IMG/VR virus record: IMGVR_UViG_3300032116_000438
Span: 1-42,744 of that record
Origin: a virus
Taxonomy: Duplodnaviria; Caudoviricetes
Length of the DNA: 42,744 bases
Reading direction: 5' to 3' (one strand)
Shown here: piece by piece, positions 1-5,937 of the stretch
Position numbering within the stretch: the stretch's first letter is position 1
Layout of the letters: each line of letters opens with the position of its first letter
Notes under the pieces: generated by a model
What the model saw: only the letters and a program-made list of their open reading frames with translations
Told to the model about the DNA's origin: nothing
The model's database searches: none
Program-made: the position numbers and the translations under genes

Positions 1-84
1 CATTACCCAAAGGATAATAGCTGTGATGAATGCGCCGAGGCAGAAAAGTTCGAATATGTCGATGAAGAATTCAGTCATTGTCAT
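1..84 (-). CDS. Small hydrophobic phage protein, runs off the left edge (not in ORF track)
   Basis: Reads MTMTEFFIDIFELFCLGAFITAIILWVM... AGGAGC RBS at 85-90; the true start may be the second ATG at 78. Confidence 0.6.
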   Translation of the reverse strand, partial: MTMTEFFIDIFELFCLGAFITAIILWVM

Positions 85-88
85 GCTC

Positions 89-316
89 CTAGTAAAAGAG
101 GTCAAGTGCTGTGTCGAGATTTACACCTTCAGGGGTGTGCTCGTAGAGTGTCGCTTGAGGCCGCGATACGCCGTTGCAGTGCAGGTTTATCGTGTGTGTG
201 GGATCGACCTTGGTAGCCCAGAGCCAGATGTCCCACTCCAGATGGCCTTGATGTTCGAGCATGGATGTCGCACCTTCCGCGAACATGGTTGCATTGTGGA
301 TGTCATTGTTCCGCAT
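89..316 (-). CDS. Hypothetical early phage protein
   Basis: 75-aa ORF with AGGAG RBS, tightly packed in the minus-strand early operon. Confidence 0.7.
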   Translation of the reverse strand: MRNNDIHNATMFAEGATSMLEHQGHLEWDIWLWATKVDPTHTINLHCNGVSRPQATLYEHTPEGVNLDTALDLFY

Positions 317-327
317 TGTCTTGCTCC

Positions 328-552
328 TTACAGCATTGATTTAAGTTCAGCCTTGCACCGCTTGGCTGTGTCACCGCGATACGTTGCGGCATTGGCGAGG
401 AAGTACCGAACGATTGACCGTGCGTCATCGTACCCATAGTGCTCGTCGATACTTGACAGTTCCGACATTGCCCGTAGGTATGGAACAGCCCCAAAGTAAG
501 GCTTCGCCCAGTCAGTGCGTATTTCTTTTGCGATTGCGTTGAGCGTTCTCAT
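328..552 (-). CDS. Conserved small phage hypothetical protein
   Basis: IAKEIRTDW..PYFGAVPYL.AM..L......YGYD.ARSIV.YFL.NA..YRG..AK..K.ELK pattern, recognisable from diverse phages; GGAG RBS. Confidence 0.8.
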   Translation of the reverse strand: MRTLNAIAKEIRTDWAKPYFGAVPYLRAMSELSSIDEHYGYDDARSIVRYFLANAATYRGDTAKRCKAELKSML

Positions 553-556
553 TGTC

Positions 557-901
557 TCATACTCCGTGGAATTGTGCTTCGAGGGTGTGGATCAGCGGGT
601 CAAGTGTTTCGATCATCTCGTTTAAGCTCAACGAATGATCCGCGATGACATCGTATCCGTCATTGCCGTACACGAGGAAAACCCATGACATTTTTGGGTT
701 ATCGGGGTGCACGAAAAACATATGCTCTTCGTCAGTCTGCCGGATCGACGCCATCACCTCTTTGGTGTCGGTGCAGGTGATCTGTTCTTCGTCGTCGCCG
801 CCATTGTCGATGATGATTTTTGTAAAGCCCCGTTTAAACGCCTCGGTCACGAGTGCCTTGATGATCTGCCGTTCCATGCTTTCGATAATGTGCATTGTCA
901 T
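557..901 (-). CDS. Hypothetical early phage protein
   Basis: 114-aa ORF (start may be 895) containing WVFLVYGNDGYDVIAD; coupled to its neighbours. Confidence 0.75.
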   Translation of the reverse strand: MTMHIIESMERQIIKALVTEAFKRGFTKIIIDNGGDDEEQITCTDTKEVMASIRQTDEEHMFFVHPDNPKMSWVFLVYGNDGYDVIADHSLSLNEMIETLDPLIHTLEAQFHGV

Positions 902-1224
902 GCTCCGATTGTGATGATTTCGACAGTGCCGTCGAGGACGACATACATTGCCTGTTGACCTGCCAAGATGCCATATTTTCTAGCGATGCGCGACACGATG
1001 ATGTCTGTTGTCAGACCTTTGCTTTCGCTCGTGGATGCTACCGTGTACCGGATGGATGGCTCCTCAAACATTTGGCCTTTGTCGTTGACCCAACCGCCCG
1101 TCTGTGCCGTTGCAGAATAACCCTCGAACACATAGATCAGTTCACGTTTCAGCCTGTTATGCAGTGTCGCAAGGCAGGTGCCGTCATTGTCATGGGTAGG
1201 AAGTACGATTGAATATTCACGCAT
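898..1224 (-). CDS. Hypothetical early phage protein (weakly DUF3574-like)
   Basis: Start chosen at 1224 (GGAGAACTAAAATG). Has a G.S.....GGW....G....E...Q..MYV pattern. Its stop overlaps the next start. Confidence 0.7.
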   Translation of the reverse strand: MREYSIVLPTHDNDGTCLATLHNRLKRELIYVFEGYSATAQTGGWVNDKGQMFEEPSIRYTVASTSESKGLTTDIIVSRIARKYGILAGQQAMYVVLDGTVEIITIGA

Positions 1225-1249
1225 TTTAGTTCTCCGTTGTTTTGATGGA

Positions 1250-1438
1250 TTATTTGCCAATTTTCATGTCGCTAAAACGCCAGACAGGTTCGTTTAAACT
1301 ACGCTGACGCAGTTCGTTGTCATGTTGTTCGAGCCAACCTTCTCCGTGTTCTTCGTCTGCCGCCTGACGAAATCTTACAAGCCGCGCCTTCGCTTCGAGT
1401 TCTTCGAGTTCGTTTATTTCGTCCCAATTCATTGTCAT
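1250..1438 (-). CDS. Small acidic hypothetical protein, first gene of the early operon
   Basis: Reads MTMNWDEINELEELEAKARL...; GGAGCGACGACAATG start context at 1436-1450. Confidence 0.65.
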   Translation of the reverse strand: MTMNWDEINELEELEAKARLVRFRQAADEEHGEGWLEQHDNELRQRSLNEPVWRFSDMKIGK

Positions 1439-1507
1439 TGTCGTCGCTCCAGTTGAAAAATTGCAGTTGAAAATTGCCAAACGCCGCGCCCTGCCCGACA
1501 ATCAATC

Positions 1508-1890
1508 AGGCGGGAGGCGGCAATAAATGTTTCTTGAACCCTTGCTATCGGGGTAGGTTTTATCTTCTCCCGACTAGCCTGACTGGCTCGGAGACGGCGA
1601 CTTCAATGTCGGCCCATGCTCCGCGAGTGTTTTGATGGGCGGGTTGGGAAACCCGTTAGGCACTGCCGGACTATCACCTCCGGTGCGACCCCCATTCCGT
1701 CCCCGCTCCGACTATCCAGACGTGTGTCCATCCATTGGGATGGGCCGGATAGGGCGTAGGCCAGACCCACTCTTACCGTGGGATGCACGATGTTACGCTC
1801 GTGAGGCGTAGGCTGTCTTGGCTTGGGGGTTAGGGACTTTCAAGACCCCAAGGGGTCAGGGAGTTTCAGAACCTTGCCGCCGCCGACGAC
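1508..1890 (-). ncRNA. Candidate ~380-nt structured RNA or 5' leader of the early operon
   Basis: GC-rich with at least 8 hairpins. The 5' end GGCGGCAA (1874-1881) is complementary to UUGCCGCC (1516-1523). A G-U pair favours the minus strand. A promoter-like sequence lies just upstream. Confidence 0.5.
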
Positions 1891-1893
1891 CAA

Positions 1894-1922
1894 AGCAATA
1901 AACGTTTTTTCAGGCATTGCAA
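1894..1922 (-). promoter_or_regulatory. Putative sigma70 promoter for the leftward early transcript
   Basis: Minus strand reads TTGCAA-N16-TATTGCT, with an AT-rich UP-like region upstream. Confidence 0.4.
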
Positions 1923-1944
1923 ATTAAAAATAACGTAGTGTTTG

Positions 1945-2351
1945 CAATGACTTAGAACGTAAGGTGCGGAAGGTAATAGCAATTTGTATAACGATTACAA
2001 TGACTTAGCTGATTCGTTTCTTGATATGCGTTTAAGGAATACGTCCTATGCAAAAAACGCATGGCTTCCTGTATATTATAATGAGTATATGGCAGAACTA
2101 GAAAAGCTCAATGATTTCAATGGGTTAGGTTGTAATGCCGTGTAGCAGATCGGGGTGAATGGAAAAAACCTAGCAATAACAATGACTTAGTATCCGAATA
2201 AGAATTTATTCCTATGAATTCAGCACCGAAGCCTAAAATAACGACAGCAAATGTGCAACGATTACAATGACTTACAGTATCGATTGACTGAGCCATTGAA
2301 AACATTGAGAAAAATAACGAATACGATTGTTCAATGATTACAATGACTTAG
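1945..2351. repeat. Array of CAATGACTTAG (IHF-site-like) motifs, six direct and one inverted
   Basis: Cores at 1945, 1998, 2118 (CAATGGGTTAG), 2180, 2265 (CAATGACTTAC) and 2341; inverted degenerate copy at about 2288-2309. Confidence 0.8.
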
Positions 2352-2522
2352 CCGAAAAAATTTTGGCAGCTCTAAAGTTGTGCTCGAAGTGAGTAAAACT
2401 TTTCATGAGAATACATTCCTATCTGGCGGGAAAGCATCGCAATGAAGTATTGTATAGTATAAGCAAGATGTGTTAAGTATTCGCATAGCAGATTAACACA
2501 GTATTCATAGAATAGGTGGACA

Positions 2523-3107
2523 ATGGATAAGCCAAAGCATGGTGGTGACAGGAAAAGTATAGTTGGCAGGATAGGAATGTTACGTAGCGAAGTAGCAGAA
2601 ACAGCCAATAAAAGCGAAGCAATATTGTATCTTGCCGCGAAGGAAGAGCGGTTTGCACAAGCAATTGCAAGGGGAAGATCACAAACTGATGCGGCAATTG
2701 ATGCAGGATATGCAGTGTTGTCTGCACATGTCCAAGGGTCAAGGCTGATGAAGAAGGACAAGATCAAAGCAAGAGTAGTACAGTTATGTAGTGGTACATC
2801 AGCGACTACTTCAGACGTTAGGGAAGAGCATCTAGCACAGTTGATATCATTAAGGGAAGCCGCGATGAGTAAGGGTCAAATAAGCGCGGCAATCAAAGCA
2901 GAAGAGCTACGAGGGAAAGTATTGGGGTTGTATATTGAGCAGACGGTGACAGCTGATATAAGTACCCACTCGTCACTAGACGATGCTAATCCTACGGAAC
3001 TCAGGTCTGCAATACAGTCAGCCATAGATAAACTTGGACTGATCAAGACTATCAATACTATCGATGTAGTCCCGAACAGTAATAATGTTCACGAACTAAT
3101 GAATTGA
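2523..3107 (+). CDS. terS: Terminase small subunit
   Basis: FAQAIARGRSQTDAAIDAGY...A..QGSRLMK...IKARV HTH typical of TerS, plus C-terminal SAAIKAEELRGKVLGLY. Confidence 0.8.
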   Translation: MDKPKHGGDRKSIVGRIGMLRSEVAETANKSEAILYLAAKEERFAQAIARGRSQTDAAIDAGYAVLSAHVQGSRLMKKDKIKARVVQLCSGTSATTSDVREEHLAQLISLREAAMSKGQISAAIKAEELRGKVLGLYIEQTVTADISTHSSLDDANPTELRSAIQSAIDKLGLIKTINTIDVVPNSNNVHELMN

Positions 3108-3268
3108 TTTGAACTATACTTGCGACACATAATTATATTCTATGCCAATGCTTGGACTATACTTGCATAAATGCAATGTGTTGTTGTTGTAACGTAGAGT
3201 AATGCTGTCGAACTCTACGGCAATAGTATAATGAGTGGCAATTCCTGCATTCGTCTGTTTAAACGTGA

Positions 3269-3290
3269 CCCCCACCCCCCCCTCCCGCCC
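3269..3290 (-). other. G-tract with G-quadruplex-forming potential
   Basis: Minus strand reads GGG-C-GGG-A-G8-T-G5. Confidence 0.5.
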
Positions 3291-3482
3291 GTAGCTCCGC
3301 TACTAGCACTACCCCTCTACATATGTGTATAATTCTAGGGGACCACCCACTTTTCATTAGATGGCCCCCTAAAAAATTTTTATATAATCACAACCCGTAG
3401 CGGTCCTGCTGCATATACCGTCTGTGTTATGCGTTGCTGTCTGCCTATCTCCCACACAGGAACCCACATCAGTCTGTATAGT

Positions 3483-3791
3483 TTATGCCGCGTGATTATC
3501 GTGATCGTATTGTCTCGCATCGTTATGTGCATACGGTATACTCTTTGTATCTTTAGACACGATGTTGAAGTTCTCTCTTGGTGTATCTGCATATAGCACC
3601 TCTAGATCCATCCCCAGAGCGTTGAGGACAGCCATAGTTGCCTTTATGCTTGGGTTACAGTCCACAGTCTCCATATTCTTAACGGTGCTCAGTGGTACTC
3701 CGCTAATCGCCGATAGTTTATTGAAAGAGTATCCTTTCTTCGTGCGTTCCTCGAAGATGATCTCTCCTAGCCAAGCTGTGCTATTACGCAT
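3483..3791 (-). CDS. XRE/Cro-family HTH transcriptional regulator
   Basis: LGEII.EERTKKGYSFNKLSAISGVPLSTVKNME....NPSIK....VLNALG is a classic HTH_3 pattern. Confidence 0.85.
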   Translation of the reverse strand: MRNSTAWLGEIIFEERTKKGYSFNKLSAISGVPLSTVKNMETVDCNPSIKATMAVLNALGMDLEVLYADTPRENFNIVSKDTKSIPYAHNDARQYDHDNHAA

Positions 3792-3987
3792 CTTTGCTAC
3801 TCCTCTGTATCATACGCGCAAGATATTCTATCTCTGAATTATATGTGCTGTTGAGTTTCTCAAGGTTTTTTATCTGTGACTTGAGATTCTCACACTCCAT
3901 AACACGCTTGGACATCGACGCTTCCCGCTCACGTGACAGGTCCAGCATGAATTCCAAGTGTCTTATCCGTTCTTCATAATCTTCCAT
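3784..3987 (-). CDS. Small coiled-coil hypothetical protein
   Basis: 67-aa heptad-rich ORF overlapping both neighbours. Confidence 0.7.
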   Translation of the reverse strand: MEDYEERIRHLEFMLDLSREREASMSKRVMECENLKSQIKNLEKLNSTYNSEIEYLARMIQRSSKDA

Positions 3988-4439
3988 TACGATGTAGCTC
4001 CATGTGCATCATCATCGGTGAATACACCACGGTATGAAGCACCAACGAGCATATCTTCAGGATCGAAGTACTCAACGAAGTGCTCCATTACTGTACGTGC
4101 ATTAAATGGCTTACACGAGAAGATATCGATATACGCACCACCATTGAGATCTACGAAGTGTCCATTGATGGCTGAAGTCTCAATCATCTGCACGAGTGTG
4201 TAACCTGCTTTGAGTGGGTCATGCTTCGCGAAGTGTTCAACCATAGGCTTACCATATGCAACCATGTCGATCAGTTCTACAAGTTCCTGAACCCACGCAG
4301 TAAGAGCATCTCCGCTTTTAATGTTATCGTTACACCCACAAGCGTCAATAATGAGATGGTAACCCCAAGCATCTGGGTTTTCTTGAAACACTTCACCAGC
4401 TATAGTACCACGCAATACATTTGTGTCTTCCATATTCAT
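3987..4439 (-). CDS. speD: Pyruvoyl-dependent S-adenosylmethionine decarboxylase family proenzyme (substrate uncertain)
   Basis: WGYHLIIDA.GC, G.T..Q.IET/S.I.GH cleavage region and YIDIFSCKPF (catalytic Cys); AAAGGA RBS. Confidence 0.85.
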   Translation of the reverse strand: MNMEDTNVLRGTIAGEVFQENPDAWGYHLIIDACGCNDNIKSGDALTAWVQELVELIDMVAYGKPMVEHFAKHDPLKAGYTLVQMIETSAINGHFVDLNGGAYIDIFSCKPFNARTVMEHFVEYFDPEDMLVGASYRGVFTDDDAHGATS

Positions 4440-4587
4440 TATCCTTTCACTGCAGCGTCAGTGCTGCTGTAGTATGGCTACTACCGTAATTGCGTTACGG
4501 CAAGTGGTTATCTAAGTTATCCACACTCTGTCGCACATTTTGGCTAACGGCGTGAGCCGGGCTGTAACCCTTATTCTATATGGTGTC

Positions 4588-4623
4588 TTGCATTTTTGCA
4601 AAGTACTGTTTGCATTTTTGCAA
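4588..4623. promoter_or_regulatory. Tandem palindromic operator-like sites TTGCATTTTTGCAA (two copies)
   Basis: Exact copies at 4588-4601 and 4610-4623 (22-bp period) between divergent units; related TTGCATAAATGCAA at 3163-3176. Confidence 0.6.
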
Positions 4624-4634
4624 TTCTATGGGGT

Positions 4635-4664
4635 CTTGACAAGCACCCCCATTTAGCCCCATAT
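4635..4664 (+). promoter_or_regulatory. Putative RpoH/sigma32-like (or alphaproteobacterial RpoD) promoter
   Basis: CTTGAC-N16-CCCCATAT. Confidence 0.5.
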
Positions 4665-4841
4665 GGGGGGGGAGGGGGGGTAAGAACCCCCGCCGCAACT
4701 AAAGTTGCTGGTTATAGAAACTCTCTTTTCTAAGGTACACGAAGAAAGAATGTGTGTTTGGGTTAAGGTGATAAGAGAAACGGAATTAAGCTTTACAGAT
4801 AAATTAAGGATAGTTGCGCCTTTTTTAGGGATTGTACGGTA

Positions 4842-5003
4842 ATGAAGATAGTTAAAAAGTTCTGGGAGAAAAAGTCCCCTGTAAAGAAGTCTACTCCGTT
4901 GACACCTGATCAAAAAGCATTTGCCAAAGCTAGGGCGAAGAAAGCTGGTCGTGTGTATCCTAACCTTGTAGATAACGCTGCAGCTTCTAGGAAGTCGAAG
5001 TAA
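4842..5003 (+). CDS. Small basic conserved phage protein (not in ORF track)
   Basis: MKIVKKFWEKKSPVKKSTPLTPDQKAFAKARAKKAGRVYPNLVDNAAASRKSK, 53 aa. The AKARAK.AGR.YPNLVDN motif is recognisable from related phages. TAATG overlap with the HNH gene. Confidence 0.75.
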   Translation: MKIVKKFWEKKSPVKKSTPLTPDQKAFAKARAKKAGRVYPNLVDNAAASRKSK

Positions 5004-5269
5004 TGCAAAAACGCAATCCTGTTACACACAGAACTCCGGCACAGACCAAGAAGCACAATAATACATATGGTGCTACTAAGAAGGCTATAGCCAAGCGCGT
5101 GAAGAATAACGCAGCTAGACGTGTTATGCTGAAAGAAGGTGGTGTTGCAAAGGGTGATGGTATGGACGTAGATCATATCAAGCCACTTCGCAAAGGCGGC
5201 TCTAACAAACGTTCCAATCTTCGCGTCGTCTCCAAGGAGCGAAATCGCGGTTGGCGAGATGGAGTATAG
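5003..5269 (+). CDS. Small HNH endonuclease
   Basis: DVDHIKPLRKGGSN...NLRVVS...NR HNH motif. Confidence 0.85.
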   Translation: MQKRNPVTHRTPAQTKKHNNTYGATKKAIAKRVKNNAARRVMLKEGGVAKGDGMDVDHIKPLRKGGSNKRSNLRVVSKERNRGWRDGV

Positions 5270-5276
5270 TTATATA

Positions 5277-5564
5277 ATGAGAAAACTTATTATCCTCGTG
5301 GGATTACTGTTCTCTACTGCAGTGTATGGACAAGCAGCCTGTTCAGACGCTGTAAAGACACATGAGGAAATTGCAAAGAAGTATGGTGAAAAACCATTCT
5401 TTGATATGCACGAACAGCAGACAAGACAGCTTATATTGTATATGAACCCACAAACTGGTACGTGGACGGTATTCGCTTATAAGCCAGAACTCAATCAGCT
5501 TTGTGCAGTTACTGCTGGTGATGGTTTCAAACCTGCCGTGGCACGGTTTGATCCATCTTTGTAA
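5277..5564 (+). CDS. Exported/periplasmic hypothetical protein
   Basis: Signal peptide MRKLIILVGLLFSTAVYG-QA; C...KYGE...NP.TGTWTV...C...G pattern. Confidence 0.75.
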   Translation: MRKLIILVGLLFSTAVYGQAACSDAVKTHEEIAKKYGEKPFFDMHEQQTRQLILYMNPQTGTWTVFAYKPELNQLCAVTAGDGFKPAVARFDPSL

Positions 5565-5569
5565 TTAAG

Positions 5570-5795
5570 AGAGGTTCGTGGTTCTCACCTCCGGGTGATC
5601 CACAACTTTTGGTCTATGTGTATGGAAACATAGACCTCCCAACCGTGCTGGTAACCGTCACGGAATATAAATTGGCCTTTGTTTAACACTGGCTGGGTCA
5701 ACAAATACGGGGTCCATATCCGGTATTGGCTAACGGATTTTCTTTCAACGCTGTTGCTACGGCAGCAGTTCCCACGGGTTCCGGCCCGTGGTTTT
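5570..5795 (+). ncRNA. Candidate structured ncRNA ending in an intrinsic terminator
   Basis: Seven consecutive hairpins, including a perfect 9-bp GGTCTATGT/ACATAGACC stem, a cUACGg tetraloop stem, and CCACGGG/CCCGTGG followed by TTTT. Confidence 0.45.
5772..5795 (+). terminator. Intrinsic terminator
   Basis: CCACGGG-TTCCGG-CCCGTGG-TTTT. Confidence 0.55.
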
Positions 5796-5804
5796 CATTG
5801 CCTA

Positions 5805-5832
5805 TTGTATTCCAAAAAAAGTAGTGTATTAT
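5805..5832 (+). promoter_or_regulatory. Putative sigma70 promoter upstream of nrdJ
   Basis: TTGTAT-N16-TATTAT. Confidence 0.4.
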
Positions 5833-5875
5833 CGTAAGTCCGGGGTTGTTGAAGCCTCGGACTTCATTATACATA

Positions 5876-5920
5876 GTACCTGTCGCTCACGTGTCTTTAT
5901 GCGTGACAGGTGCTTTTTTT
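5876..5920 (+). terminator. Terminator/attenuator-like hairpin in the nrdJ leader
   Basis: AGTACCTGTCGC...GTGACAGGTGCT followed by a T run, 17 nt before the nrdJ start. Confidence 0.6.
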
Positions 5921-5937
5921 GTCTCGAAAGGTAGTCG

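Noticed and set aside
23-1212. Plus-strand ORFs 23-439, 645-914, 707-958 and 895-1212
   Set aside because: They are antisense shadows of a tightly packed minus-strand operon that has good RBSs.
1945-2351. CRISPR array
   Set aside because: The repeats have only an ~11-20-bp degenerate core, spacing is irregular (53-120 bp), one copy is inverted, and there are no cas genes.
1603-2767. ORFs 1603-1788, 2117-2305, 2372-2767 and 2473-2742
   Set aside because: They lack convincing RBSs or protein-like composition, and lie in the structured region, the repeat array or antisense to terS.
5003-5269. HNH as a mobile homing endonuclease or intron
   Set aside because: It is a short stand-alone HNH, translationally coupled in an operon. 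Neighbouring genes are not interrupted, and nrdJ and terL show no intron or intein.
4517-5604. DnaA-dependent origin (TTATCCACA at 4517, TGATCCACA at 5596)
   Set aside because: There are only two isolated boxes more than 1 kb apart, and the second sits within a predicted RNA stem.
5569-5640. tRNA suggested by GGTTCG
   Set aside because: No GTTCRANYC T-arm, cloverleaf or acceptor stem can be built.
5570-5937. Cobalamin riboswitch upstream of nrdJ
   Set aside because: The B12-box and the conserved GGGAA / GCCACUG-type core elements were not found.
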